Part shown: piece by piece, positions 37,372-46,507 of the stretch
Layout: every line of letters starts with the position of its first letter
How positions within the stretch are numbered: position 1 is the first letter of the stretch
Virus record (IMG/VR): IMGVR_UViG_2974521131_000001
Coordinates: 1 to 64,000 of that record
DNA length: 64,000 nucleotides
From: a virus
Lineage: Duplodnaviria > Caudoviricetes
Direction: 5' to 3' (one strand)
The notes under the pieces: generated by a model
Told to the model about the DNA's origin: nothing
Databases searched by the model: none
What the model saw: only the letters and a program-made list of their open reading frames with translations
Program-made: the position numbers and the translations under genes

Positions 37372-38168
37372 AGCAATCCCTTCGTTTTCCAGTGTTGGTA
37401 GTGCATGCCGATCAACCAGTTGTCGATCGCTTCGTAGTCGGGGTGGTCGGGGAGTTCGCTGACCTCCACTGCCTTCCGCAGCAGCTCGGTACGCAGCTCC
37501 AGCGACTTCAGTGCGACATCGAGCGGGAACTCGCCGTTGCGCATCCGCAGCAGGAAGTCGCGGTGAACGTCTTCCATCGGGAGCGTGATGTCGCCTTCCA
37601 GCAGCAGCTCCGTGCCCTGGATGGCCAGCCGGTGGGCGTGGTACATCATCTTGGTGTCGTAGCCGAACTTCGCGACCAGCTCAGGCCGGTTGGTGTGCTT
37701 CTTCCCGCGCTTGCCCTGTGCCCGTTCACGCTGGGCGACAAGGTAACCGAGGAACCGGTCGCCCACCTGCTTGGACAGGAACAGGTCTCGGTTCCACCGC
37801 AGCTCCCGTCCCTCCTCCGTGCAGTCGTACACGTAGTTCTCGGGCGCGAACAGCGGCATCAGCACCGTCGGGTTGCCCTTCGCGGCCAACCGTGCGTACT
37901 TCTGCAGGCTGTAGATCGTCTGGTCCGTGTCGCCGGGACCGGAGCGCTGCCCCTCGGGGATGCGGGTGCCGTCAGCGTGCCAGCGGTCCTGGTACTGCTC
38001 GAACTGCTGTGTGCCGATGACACATTCGGGAGGGGCGATGCAGATGCCCATCTCGTCGTTGTCGTCCTGGCCACCGAGGGTGACGCCGTGCAGGACGGAG
38101 CCGACCTCGGTCTTGTAGATCAGGTTGTCGTGCGCGATCTGGGCATGCCAGATGCTGTTGTGGCTCAC
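37368..38168 (-). CDS. RlaP-like (Pol-beta superfamily) nucleotidyltransferase
   Basis: VGSVLHG...DDNDEMGI; LQKYARLAAKGNPTVL..LF; DTKMMYHAHRL. Confidence 0.8.
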   Translation of the reverse strand: MSHNSIWHAQIAHDNLIYKTEVGSVLHGVTLGGQDDNDEMGICIAPPECVIGTQQFEQYQDRWHADGTRIPEGQRSGPGDTDQTIYSLQKYARLAAKGNPTVLMPLFAPENYVYDCTEEGRELRWNRDLFLSKQVGDRFLGYLVAQRERAQGKRGKKHTNRPELVAKFGYDTKMMYHAHRLAIQGTELLLEGDITLPMEDVHRDFLLRMRNGEFPLDVALKSLELRTELLRKAVEVSELPDHPDYEAIDNWLIGMHYQHWKTKGLL

Positions 38169-38887
38169 ACGATCTCCATCAGGAAGCCGATGCCCTCCAG
38201 CTGCGGGCCATCTTCGCCGACCGACGTGAACTCGTCGCCGTCGAGGGAGCAGACCCACGTGCCGTTCTGCCAGCGGTAGACGAAGTGCTCACCAGCGTCG
38301 TTGACGAACTCCCAGTCGGCGTCACGCTCAGTCTCAGTGAGCTGCTTGACAGCTCGACGTGGCTGCGACACAACGGTGTACGGCCCGTAGTTGGTCAGCA
38401 CACTGGCGTAGCGGCTGAGGATGGGACGCCAGGAGCTGCCATCCTCACTGATCATCCACTCGCCGTGGTCGAACCGGTACTGGTCGCCCTGATTGTCCTC
38501 CCAGACCTCATCGATCTCGTCTTCACCGAGAGCGTCGACCTGGTACGGGCTGTTCTGAAGGAGCGCCGGGACGGTGTAGTGGTCGGGGCACTCCGCGATC
38601 TCATCGAGACCGGCCTGGAAGTCGTCCCACGCCTTCGCCTTCTCATACAGCTCAGTGAGCACGTTGACCCACCGGACGATCTGCGCACGGTTCAGTCCGT
38701 CAGCCTCGGCTGCGGTGATGAACTCGTCGGGGAGGGTCGGCTGAAGGGTCGCCGCGAGGTACTTGTCACCACCGAGATTCACGGAGATGCAGTACGGCTG
38801 ATCCGGCTCGGCGAACGCCTTGTAGGCGAAGACGACTTCCGCACCATCTACTAGACCTTGGTAGGTCTCTTTGATGTCTGTGCTCAT
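38165..38887 (-). CDS. Hypothetical acidic protein, probably leaderless
   Basis: ATG 7 nt after CAAGCT -10. Confidence 0.75.
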   Translation of the reverse strand: MSTDIKETYQGLVDGAEVVFAYKAFAEPDQPYCISVNLGGDKYLAATLQPTLPDEFITAAEADGLNRAQIVRWVNVLTELYEKAKAWDDFQAGLDEIAECPDHYTVPALLQNSPYQVDALGEDEIDEVWEDNQGDQYRFDHGEWMISEDGSSWRPILSRYASVLTNYGPYTVVSQPRRAVKQLTETERDADWEFVNDAGEHFVYRWQNGTWVCSLDGDEFTSVGEDGPQLEGIGFLMEIV

Positions 38888-38894
38888 GGCGTTC

Positions 38895-38925
38895 AGCTTG
38901 TCAGTCGCTGAAAGGTGATTACAGG
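38895..38925 (-). promoter_or_regulatory. CCTGTAATCA-class promoter (leftward)
   Basis: CC-TGTAAT, 17 nt, CAAGCT, 7 nt, ATG. Confidence 0.7.
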
Positions 38926-39019
38926 AAGCGGTTTTCGCGCGCAGTACCTCGTAATTGGTACCAATATCCTTATGTAGTACCTAATTTCAGAATGGGTACT
39001 ACTCACGAGAAGGGAGTAT

Positions 39020-39054
39020 CAAATAAAAACAACGTCCCCCTGTGGGGGACGCTG
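39020..39054 (-). terminator. Intrinsic terminator (minus strand)
   Basis: CAGCGTCCCCC-ACA-GGGGGACGTTG followed by TTTTTATTTG. Confidence 0.8.
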
Positions 39055-39129
39055 CTCTCGTACCGTAGGTGGAACATCGCGCCACATCCGTGTCGCTCCG
39101 TGGGCGCTCACTGGCGTTCGCACTGTCCT
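39022..39129 (-). ncRNA. Putative ~105-nt small RNA
   Basis: Bounded by a motif promoter (39136-39166) and a terminator; no convincing gene. Confidence 0.45.
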
Positions 39130-39135
39130 TTATGG

Positions 39136-39166
39136 ACACTAGGCAGTGGCGCGGAGTGATTACAGG
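39136..39166 (-). promoter_or_regulatory. CCTGTAATCA-class promoter (leftward)
   Basis: CC-TGTAAT, 17 nt, TAGTGT. Confidence 0.65.
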
Positions 39167-39412
39167 AGGATCGCCCTGACCTGCGGTTTTGTGGGAGACC
39201 CTGAGGGCCGGCTGAGGGATCTCTTATGAACATCTCAGGCTTCCGCCATCTAGGTGCAATGAGTACAGGAACCTGTTAAGGTTCCGTCGGGCTCGCACCG
39301 AGGTTGGTATTTCCCTTCCCCCTCAACAGTGAGCGCGGCACCGGAAGCTCACGACTGGTGAAGGTGCCCCTCCCTCGGGGGTCGTGTCCCGAGGGAGCCC
39401 CACAGTCGTTCT

Positions 39413-39443
39413 CCTGTAATCACTCCGAATTGACTGCCACGCT
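39413..39443 (+). promoter_or_regulatory. CCTGTAATCA-class promoter (rightward)
   Basis: CC-TGTAAT, 17 nt, CACGCT, 6 nt, GTG. Confidence 0.7.
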
Positions 39444-39449
39444 GAATGC

Positions 39450-39827
39450 GTGAAAAACATGTTCGGACAAGAGATCACTATCGGATCCGTCGTCGCAGTC
39501 GGCTTTCGACGCTCGAATTCGTCGTCTCACGCCCTCGGCGTCGTGCTGGACATGGTCCCCATTCCCTACACCCACTACAGCTGGGTGCCGTCGGTCAATG
39601 GCGGTCGGCCATGGACCCGCGTTAGCGAGCAACGCGAGTGGATGAAGGTGAAGGTCCGCTGGATCCCCGCGACCAGTGAGTACACCTTCATCAGCCACTG
39701 GGACGTGAACGACCTCGTCCTCGTTGACGACTCGACGCTGGACGCGGAGTACCGAGGTCGCCTGGACACCGCGTACGAGGCGTACATGCTCGATGAGAAG
39801 AAGCCCAGTGAATTCGTCGCGGAGTGA
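39450..39827 (+). CDS. Hypothetical protein, probably leaderless
   Basis: KNMFGQEITIGSVVA, SH3-like start; high GC3. Confidence 0.75.
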   Translation: MKNMFGQEITIGSVVAVGFRRSNSSSHALGVVLDMVPIPYTHYSWVPSVNGGRPWTRVSEQREWMKVKVRWIPATSEYTFISHWDVNDLVLVDDSTLDAEYRGRLDTAYEAYMLDEKKPSEFVAE

Positions 39828-40071
39828 GTTCCTCGCCGACCGTAACCGCATGCTCGAACTGCTCTGGGAGCTGGATCGCGAGCTGCGGGAATGGCATGCG
39901 AGCGGTGCATGGCGATTCGATGACGCCCAGGAGGCGGTCGTCGCCCACCAGAAGAAGATGACCGAGCGGCATGTTCTACATGACCAGCTACTCGGTATGA
40001 ACTGCCGACCCTGGCATTTCAGTCCCGAACGGGACAACTCATGGCTTGCTCGTAACCAAAAAGCTGCCTGA
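39808..40071 (+). CDS. Hypothetical protein
   Basis: Start uncertain (GTG 39808 or ATG 39850). Confidence 0.55.
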   Translation: MNSSRSEFLADRNRMLELLWELDRELREWHASGAWRFDDAQEAVVAHQKKMTERHVLHDQLLGMNCRPWHFSPERDNSWLARNQKAA

Positions 40072-40098
40072 CCTGCGAATACAGGATCGGGTGACAAT
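40067..40098 (+). promoter_or_regulatory. CCTGACCWGCGAWTACAGGATCG repeat, copy 1
   Basis: 21 of 23 nt identical to 62308-62330; followed 3 nt later by GACAAT. Confidence 0.55.
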
Positions 40099-40107
40099 GG
40101 TACAACG

Positions 40108-40434
40108 ATGGGTACAAACAAGCTCAAGCGTTACGCACGCAAGCAGAACGGCGTCCTGACCGACGATCCCGATGCTCTGCTGTCTGCGCTGCAGATCACG
40201 AAGCGCCTTGTCTCCGAAGCGAATGCGCAGGGAGCGCCGCTATCTGTCGCGGCTGCCCTCGACACTGCACTGGGTATGGCTGCCCCGAAGGATCCCGCAC
40301 GGACCTGGTGGTCCGCGATCCGACTCATCGTGCGACACAACGAAACTGGCAAGTCCAACCTCGCTGTGCTCGCCGACGCCATCCAGGCGCAGGGCAAGGT
40401 CAACACCAAGATCAAGCAGAGGATCGCAGCATGA
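40108..40434 (+). CDS. Hypothetical protein
   Basis: High GC3; ATGA overlap downstream. Confidence 0.75.
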   Translation: MGTNKLKRYARKQNGVLTDDPDALLSALQITKRLVSEANAQGAPLSVAAALDTALGMAAPKDPARTWWSAIRLIVRHNETGKSNLAVLADAIQAQGKVNTKIKQRIAA

Positions 40435-40703
40435 GCGACGAAATCTCCACTCCCGGCCTGATTGCCACTGGCGGTGCAGTAGTCACCGCAGGCGTGGTCG
40501 GCGCAGTCACTGAGGCGGTCGGTATCCCGGCGTCTCTCATCCTCCTGGCGATGAAGCTGGGCGCTGGTGACACTGCCGTCGAGCAGTGGTCCTGGTGGTC
40601 GGTGTTCGCACCGGTCTGGGGTGGCGCACTGGCGACCATCTTCTTCCTGTTCCTGGCCTTCGTTCTCGGCCTGTGGAACGTCATTCGCGCAGCGGCACGC
40701 TGA
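40431..40703 (+). CDS. Membrane protein
   Basis: ILLAMKLG...WSWWSVFAPVW pattern; multiple TM segments. Confidence 0.75.
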   Translation: MSDEISTPGLIATGGAVVTAGVVGAVTEAVGIPASLILLAMKLGAGDTAVEQWSWWSVFAPVWGGALATIFFLFLAFVLGLWNVIRAAAR

Positions 40704-40777
40704 CGTACCCGATTTCCCTTGGCTGGACGGTCGTGTTGATCGTCGCGGCTTACTTCTACATGCGATTGGTTGATTAG
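40700..40777 (+). CDS. 25-aa membrane peptide with putative CTG start
   Basis: CTGA overlap with upstream stop; (M)TYPISLGWTVVLIVAAYFYMRLVD; fills the gap exactly. Confidence 0.4.
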   Translation: MTYPISLGWTVVLIVAAYFYMRLVD

Positions 40778-41500
40778 TTGAGCGACACCACCATCACGCC
40801 CGCGAACCCCTGGCTGGCCCCAGTGATCGGCAGTGACGACATCGGCGCAGAGCTGGCCGCAGCACTCGTCGCTGCCCAGGGCGAGTTCGGTGCCGTCGCC
40901 AAGGACACCGCGAACCCGTTCTTCAAGTCGAAGTACGCCGACCTCCCTGCCGTCAAGGCAGAGGCGCAGCCGGTGCTCGCGAAGCACGGTCTGGCTGTGA
41001 TCCAGGAGCCTGGCTTCCAGGTCATTGACGGCAAGATCAACGACACGCTGACCACCATCGTGGTCCACTCCAGCGGGCAGGCGAAGGCCTCCACCATGGT
41101 GCTGCGTCCCGTCAAGAACGATCCACAGGCACAGGGTTCGGCGATCACCTACGCGAAGCGCTACGCCTTCATGGCAGTGCTGGGTCTGGTGGCCGACGAG
41201 GATGACGACGGCAACGCCGCGTCGGGTCGCGGCAAGCCCGCTGCCCGCCAGTCGCGTCCGAAGCAGAACGCCACCAACGACGGTCTGGCCGATCCGGCTG
41301 TGAGCGCAGCTGTCGCCCGCGTCAAGGCTGCCATCAAGTCGGCGAAGAAGACTCCGAAGGATGCCCAGGCGTTCTTCGCGGAGAACTACCCCGACGGCGG
41401 CGCTGTGATCGCGTCGACTGATGTGGCGGCGCTGACTGCAGTGGCCGAGCACTTCGAGGGTCTGGCCAATGCCCAGGCCATCGGCAGCGAGGTCGAGTGA
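40778..41500 (+). CDS. erf: ERF-family single-strand annealing protein
   Basis: AALVAAQ...NPFFKSKYADL...QAQGSAITYAKRYA...DEDDDGNAA. Confidence 0.9.
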   Translation: MSDTTITPANPWLAPVIGSDDIGAELAAALVAAQGEFGAVAKDTANPFFKSKYADLPAVKAEAQPVLAKHGLAVIQEPGFQVIDGKINDTLTTIVVHSSGQAKASTMVLRPVKNDPQAQGSAITYAKRYAFMAVLGLVADEDDDGNAASGRGKPAARQSRPKQNATNDGLADPAVSAAVARVKAAIKSAKKTPKDAQAFFAENYPDGGAVIASTDVAALTAVAEHFEGLANAQAIGSEVE

Positions 41501-41709
41501 GCCCGAACGCCCAGGCGGTGACCGAGGAGATCAAGTCGGCTCGCTGCTCCATGGGCCGCTCGATTGATCAGCGCGACGAGGGTCTGCGTCTGGAGGTTCT
41601 GCGCCAGACCACGCGACTCCTGGACTGGTTCAACGACACCGACGATTTCATCGAGTTCATGGACGACACGTACACGTGGGTGAAGACGGGAAAGCTACCG
41701 AGTGACTGA
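41497..41709 (+). CDS. Hypothetical protein
   Basis: GTGA overlap; high GC3. Confidence 0.7.
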   Translation: MSPNAQAVTEEIKSARCSMGRSIDQRDEGLRLEVLRQTTRLLDWFNDTDDFIEFMDDTYTWVKTGKLPSD

Positions 41710-42604
41710 CTGGAACATCCCGCGAGACAAGTATCAGAGGCCGATGCTGTTCCCGCCCGAGGGTGGAAACCGCGTGGCCTACTCGCGCTGTTCCACACTC
41801 GCCAAGGACATCGACAAGGCCAGTGACGGCCTGTTCAAGTACTACCAGACCAACGCCATGGTCGGTATGGCCGTCAACCCTGCACTCCTGAACCGCGTCA
41901 AGGCCATCGTCGCCAAGGGCGGCAACTGGGATGGCAACAAGGGTGAGTTCAAGGAGATCGCCGAGAAGGCTGAGATCATCGGCGGCTCAACGAACAAGGC
42001 CGACCGGGGTACGTCGATCCACGACTTCGCCGAGGCCATCGAGACCGACACCCTCGACTGGAACCTGGTTCCCGAGGAGCTGAAGGGTCCACTCGACGGC
42101 TACCACCGCGACATCGCATCGAGCCCGCACATCAAGTTCCTTGCGCGAGAGGTGTTCCTGTCGGTCAACGTGCCGATGAAGACACCAACCGGCAACGCGT
42201 TCGTCCTCCGTGCCGCTGGGTCTGCCGACCGCATCATCGAACTCGATGGTGTGCGCAAGATGGCCGACATCAAGACCGGCAAGGACGACGAGTACCGGAT
42301 GGGTGTATCCGGCCAGCTCGCCCTCTACGAGGAGGGTCAGCTGTACCAGGACGCCCAGGTACGCCAGGACATCGACTGGGCCGAGTGGTATCCGAACGCC
42401 GACGGTCGGGCTGAATTCGCTTCGCATGACTGCGATTACGAAGAGGCCATCATGCTGCACTGCCCGCAGTTCCCCGACGACTGGGGTAACTGGAACTGGA
42501 AGGTGTTCCGCGTTCCGCTGGAGCGTGGTCGCCAGATCATCCGATGTGGCCAGTGGGCACGAAAGCTGCGTTACGTGAAGGCATTTCAGGAGGTAGAGGT
42601 ATGA
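41702..42604 (+). CDS. PD-(D/E)XK exonuclease (RecB/Cas4-like)
   Basis: RGTSIH...AGSADRI...ADIKTG...QLALY. Confidence 0.85.
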   Translation: MTDWNIPRDKYQRPMLFPPEGGNRVAYSRCSTLAKDIDKASDGLFKYYQTNAMVGMAVNPALLNRVKAIVAKGGNWDGNKGEFKEIAEKAEIIGGSTNKADRGTSIHDFAEAIETDTLDWNLVPEELKGPLDGYHRDIASSPHIKFLAREVFLSVNVPMKTPTGNAFVLRAAGSADRIIELDGVRKMADIKTGKDDEYRMGVSGQLALYEEGQLYQDAQVRQDIDWAEWYPNADGRAEFASHDCDYEEAIMLHCPQFPDDWGNWNWKVFRVPLERGRQIIRCGQWARKLRYVKAFQEVEV

Positions 42605-42927
42605 GCGAGAAGACGATTGAGCAGCAGCTCACCGACATCCTGAAGGCCGACGAGTACGGGCGAGACGAGGTGTACTGCCTCCGCGCCGAGCCTGACGAGG
42701 AGATCGACGGCTTCAAGCATGTCGCCGTTGAGGAGGGTGAGAACCGCCGCTGGGCGCGTGGGGACACGATCATCGTTCAGCACGTCGACACGGGTCGCTA
42801 CTTCGCCTTCGACTTCGACCAGGGGCTGACCGAGTACCAGGAGAACGAGGTCTACACCGACTCCGTGCGTGAGGTCCAGCGTGTAGTGAAGACCGTCGAG
42901 ATCGTCACCTGGCCGAAGATCAAGTGA
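42601..42927 (+). CDS. Hypothetical acidic protein
   Basis: ATGA overlap; GLTEYQENE motif. Confidence 0.75.
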   Translation: MSEKTIEQQLTDILKADEYGRDEVYCLRAEPDEEIDGFKHVAVEEGENRRWARGDTIIVQHVDTGRYFAFDFDQGLTEYQENEVYTDSVREVQRVVKTVEIVTWPKIK

Positions 42928-43520
42928 GCGACGAGTGCCTGAGTCACACCTCGTCCATGGACTCCACATACGTGGTGTCGGAGGACGAGGATGGCCGTGA
43001 TGTCATCCGCTACTTCTTCCGTGGCTACATCAACGATGAGGCTGTCTCCCCGCTGATCGAGCAGATCTATTACTGGGACGGGCATTACCCCGATTCCCGG
43101 TGGGAGATCGACATCAACTCGCCCGGTGGAGAGATCTTCCCCTCCATCGCCCTGTTCGGCGCTGTGCGCCGTCACAGCCAGCGTATGGGCGGCAACCACC
43201 ACATCACCACCCGCGTGTCCGGTATGGCCGCGTCTGGGGGAGAGCTGCTGCTGCAGGCCGGTGATCACCGCGTCGGTGGGCTGATGGACATGATCATGAT
43301 CCACGAGCCGCTGCACTCGTACGAGGACTCCTCGACCAGCAAGGTCTACGAGGATCTGCGCCGCGCCGACGAGTGGATCCATCGACTGGCCGTTGTCCAC
43401 TGCGAGCGGGCCACGACGATGTCCCCGGCCAACTTCCGCGACAAGCTGAAGAACGGCGACTGGTGGATGTACACCGACGAGGCCCTGGATCTCGGGTTCC
43501 TAGACGAGGTTGAGCAGTGA
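42924..43520 (+). CDS. clpP: ClpP-like serine protease
   Basis: INSPGG, GMAASGG (catalytic Ser), MIHEP, W.YTDEALDLGFLDEV. Confidence 0.88.
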   Translation: MSDECLSHTSSMDSTYVVSEDEDGRDVIRYFFRGYINDEAVSPLIEQIYYWDGHYPDSRWEIDINSPGGEIFPSIALFGAVRRHSQRMGGNHHITTRVSGMAASGGELLLQAGDHRVGGLMDMIMIHEPLHSYEDSSTSKVYEDLRRADEWIHRLAVVHCERATTMSPANFRDKLKNGDWWMYTDEALDLGFLDEVEQ

Positions 43521-43903
43521 CTTGGGACGACTCCGAGGACTACGTCTACACGGAGCTGAGCCCGCAGCTGCTCGACCAGCTGCTGGACAAGAACTCGTTC
43601 CTGATGAACAAGTGGGACAAGCTACTTGCCTGGCACCGAGCCCAGTTCCGTTGGTATGAAACACGGTTCAACACCGCGCAGAAGGTCGCTGAGTTCAAGG
43701 ACAAGGGGCCTGCCACCAAGGCGAAGGCCGCGTCCATGGCCGACCCCGACGTGCAGCAGTGCCAGCTCGACATGGACATCGCGTACATGCAGCTGGGTAC
43801 GTGCGAGCGCCGCGTCCACGCCCTCGACAAGGAAGCGATGAACCTCGGCATGCGCAACAAGCTGCTGGGCACGCTCTACAACAACGGAGGCGGGAACTAC
43901 TGA
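43517..43903 (+). CDS. Hypothetical helical protein
   Basis: GTGA overlap; high GC3. Confidence 0.75.
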   Translation: MTWDDSEDYVYTELSPQLLDQLLDKNSFLMNKWDKLLAWHRAQFRWYETRFNTAQKVAEFKDKGPATKAKAASMADPDVQQCQLDMDIAYMQLGTCERRVHALDKEAMNLGMRNKLLGTLYNNGGGNY

Positions 43904-44046
43904 TGGCCGACTATCCGAAGGATGTCCGCGTCAACACCGCCGACCCCCGCCTATGGGTGAACGGTCTGGCTGAGATCAACATCTCGGCCATCGTGCCCGA
44001 GGCCGAACTGCAGACCTTCTTGAACCGAATTGGAGAGATCCTGTGA
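43903..44046 (+). CDS. Hypothetical protein (47 aa)
   Basis: TGATG overlap; GGAGG RBS. Confidence 0.65.
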   Translation: MADYPKDVRVNTADPRLWVNGLAEINISAIVPEAELQTFLNRIGEIL

Positions 44047-44366
44047 GCAACCTGGACGAGCTGTACCCGATCCCGTTCGTGTTGGCCGAGCAGCCCCGCA
44101 TGTTCCTGAACTTCCTTGCGCTGCACAGCAACATCCCCGAGGCGTACCGCGACATGATCGCCGCCTGGCTGCTGGAGTACAACACCGCGCTGGGCTACTT
44201 CATCGGGACGAACTACGGCATGGACGCCCTGCAGGAAGCTGACCTGATCGCGGGTGCGCTGGCGCAGCAGTTCCTGGAGGTCGTGGCAGAGGAGCGTGAG
44301 GCTGCCGACGGCCAGATGTTCGACAGCCTCGAGAAGGAGATCTTCGGCGATGGCCTACCCCAGTAG
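44043..44366 (+). CDS. Hypothetical protein
   Basis: GTGA overlap. Confidence 0.75.
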   Translation: MSNLDELYPIPFVLAEQPRMFLNFLALHSNIPEAYRDMIAAWLLEYNTALGYFIGTNYGMDALQEADLIAGALAQQFLEVVAEEREAADGQMFDSLEKEIFGDGLPQ

Positions 44367-44682
44367 CGCACCGTCGCTGCCGGTCAACCTCGCCGAGTTG
44401 GTCTACGTGGCGCTGAGCCACACCCTGGACTACCTGGACCGCCACGGCACCTTTCCGCCTGAGATGCAGCACAACATGCGCAAGGTGGCGAAGTCGTACG
44501 ACCGCGACCGCACGGCAGCGCTGAACCACCGTGGCGTGCCGACGGCAGTGGTGCAGAAGTACACCGAGGCTGCGGCGAACCGGCTGGCCGAGTGGATCGA
44601 TGAGCAGGCCGAGAAGAACGAGACGAGCGAACTCGATTTCGAGCAGTGGGCGAAGGAGATGACCAGTGACGACCATTCTTAG
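44350..44682 (+). CDS. Hypothetical protein
   Basis: AGGAG RBS before ATG 44350. Confidence 0.7.
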   Translation: MAYPSSAPSLPVNLAELVYVALSHTLDYLDRHGTFPPEMQHNMRKVAKSYDRDRTAALNHRGVPTAVVQKYTEAAANRLAEWIDEQAEKNETSELDFEQWAKEMTSDDHS

Positions 44683-45136
44683 GATCGCAGGTCCGCACGG
44701 CCCCAACGGGTTTCAGGGAGAAGACGGTGTCGAGCACTACAATTCCGACGTGGAGACGCCGCATGGCAACCTGGGCCAGCTCCACATCCATCGCGAGGAC
44801 GGCAAGGTCTACATCACACGCGCTGACCCGGTGGTACTGGTGCGACGTGGTTACCCTGATGCGTGGAATCCTGATGCGCTGACCGGTGCGTCGATGCACC
44901 AAAGCCCGTTCGGCTGGACCACTTTCAGCTTGACCGCTGAGAACGGGTTCGTTCACTACCGGCTGGTCGAGGATGATCTCCGCTGGGAGGACGACTTCGA
45001 CGGCGTCGAGAGCTTCCTGGCGAAGTACTACCTAGGGATCCTGGTGGATTCGAAGTGGACGTTCGCCTACGCACCGCCCGAGGTGTTCAAGCACGAGACG
45101 ATCACCCGCCAGATGCAGATGGGATTGCCGCAGTGA
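44666..45136 (+). CDS. Hypothetical protein
   Basis: AGGAG RBS; high GC3. Confidence 0.75.
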   Translation: MTTILRIAGPHGPNGFQGEDGVEHYNSDVETPHGNLGQLHIHREDGKVYITRADPVVLVRRGYPDAWNPDALTGASMHQSPFGWTTFSLTAENGFVHYRLVEDDLRWEDDFDGVESFLAKYYLGILVDSKWTFAYAPPEVFKHETITRQMQMGLPQ

Positions 45137-45561
45137 AGGTTTGGGCAGCAGCTGTCGTGAACAACGGCGGCGATCACTATGTCTTCGTCTCGTTGACCGA
45201 AGAGGGTATCCAGGAGCAGATCCTGGAGATGGCCCGCTTCGAGTATGGCGATGAGCCTGACGACTTCGAGCCTGACGTACGACGATTGGCTCCTGGAGCA
45301 GTACCTGATCCAGGTGGAGAAGGAGATCGATCTGTGAGCAACTACGAGATCATCGGCCCTCCGGTCAAGTACACGGACACCAACATCCTGTCGGCGTGGA
45401 TTGTCGACAAGCTCCCCGCGTTGCGCCGACTTCCCAACGGGGACAACATGGCTGACGCCGTCTCGTCCATCCTGGCCCTTCATGACGTGTTCGCCCTGGA
45501 GGCCATTGCCAAGATCTGGCAGGACCACCTCGACTACGGCTGCTGGCTACAGGACGCGTGA
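45133..45561 (+). CDS. Apparent fusion of two genes (45133-45337 and 45334-45561) by a 1-nt frameshift
   Basis: In-frame codons 45271-45333 have 2/21 GC3; the +1 frame has 19/21 and ends in a GTGA overlap. Confidence 0.6.
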   Translation: MKVWAAAVVNNGGDHYVFVSLTEEGIQEQILEMARFEYGDEPDDFEPDVRRLAPGAVPDPGGEGDRSVSNYEIIGPPVKYTDTNILSAWIVDKLPALRRLPNGDNMADAVSSILALHDVFALEAIAKIWQDHLDYGCWLQDA

Positions 45562-45956
45562 ATGAAAAGCAGTGCCGCAAGGAAGTTCTCGAGCGCTGCC
45601 AAGGGTTCTGCGAGCGATGTGGCCGGGGTGGACAGGTCACCATGCACCACCGCAAGAAACGCGGCCAAGGTGGACCTTGGGAGCCCTGGAATATCGTCGG
45701 ACTATGTGGCCACGGCACTACAGGCTGCCATGGTTGGGTGGAATCTAACCCCCTGGCAGCTGCAGCTACTGGCTGGCATGTTCGGCCATGGGAAGACCCC
45801 CGAACCATCGTCCCGATTCCTCTGTGGAAGTCGGGGGTACACGGCGGATCAGATTCTGCTGGACGAGGCTCTGACCAGCTAGAACGCTTCCTGTATTCAC
45901 CTCCTGAGCCCCCTTATTCTGATTACATCGACACCAGCGACGACTGGTTTCCCTGA
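45558..45956 (+). CDS. HNH endonuclease
   Basis: CERC...MHHRKKR..GG...NIVGLCGHGTTGCHGWVE. Confidence 0.85.
   Translation: MNEKQCRKEVLERCQGFCERCGRGGQVTMHHRKKRGQGGPWEPWNIVGLCGHGTTGCHGWVESNPLAAAATGWHVRPWEDPRTIVPIPLWKSGVHGGSDSAGRGSDQLERFLYSPPEPPYSDYIDTSDDWFP
45890..45919 (+). promoter_or_regulatory. Variant CCTGTA(T)TCA-class promoter upstream of ssb
   Basis: CC-TGTATT-CAC, 16-nt spacer, TATTCT. Confidence 0.5.
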
Positions 45957-45976
45957 CCCCAAGCGAAGCGAGAGAC

Positions 45977-46417
45977 ATGGCCCTGACACTGCCGGAAGTC
46001 ACCATCGAAGGAACCCTGACCGCCGATCCCGATCTGCGATTCACTCAGTCGAGCACTGCCGTCGCGAACATCAACATCGCGTGCAACACCCGGCGCAAGA
46101 ACCCGCAGACCGATCAGTGGGAGGACGGCGACACCACGTTCGTGCGTGGCACCGTCTGGAAGAAGCTGGCTGAGAACCTCGCCGACTCGCTGAAGAAGGG
46201 CGACCGCGTGCTGGCGCGAGGCACCCTGAAGCAGAACAACTTCGAGGACAAGCAGGGCAACAAGCGCTCCACCCTGGAGATGGAGATCACCGACATCGGT
46301 GCATCGCTGCGCTTCGCCACTGCGACCACCGAGCGTTCCTCGGGTGGCAACGGCGGCGGTGGTCGTCAGCAGGCCAACAATGGCTGGGGCGACGACGACG
46401 CTGGAGACTGGGGCTGA
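45977..46417 (+). CDS. ssb: Single-stranded DNA-binding protein
   Basis: VTIEGTLTADPDLRFT...GDTTF...W..LAENLADSL.KGDRV; acidic tail. Confidence 0.95.
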   Translation: MALTLPEVTIEGTLTADPDLRFTQSSTAVANINIACNTRRKNPQTDQWEDGDTTFVRGTVWKKLAENLADSLKKGDRVLARGTLKQNNFEDKQGNKRSTLEMEITDIGASLRFATATTERSSGGNGGGGRQQANNGWGDDDAGDWG

Positions 46418-46447
46418 GCCCCTTCTGAGCTTGTGAACTGAACCGGT

Positions 46448-46487
46448 GAAAGGCCGGTGCCAAACATTTGAATGGCACCGGCCTTTC
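46448..46487 (+). terminator. Stem-loop after ssb (terminator or processing site)
   Basis: 15-bp GAAAGGCCGGTGCCA / TGGCACCGGCCTTTC; weak U-tract. Confidence 0.45.
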
Positions 46488-46507
46488 GTGTCTCACAAGG
46501 AGATTCG

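Noticed and set aside
34400-40100. Integrase/repressor immunity cassette expected near the genome centre
   Set aside because: No tyrosine or serine recombinase or HTH repressor recognised; it may lie beyond the window
41702-42604. Cas4-like nuclease as sign of a CRISPR system
   Set aside because: No repeat-spacer array or other cas genes; position next to ERF indicates a recombination exonuclease
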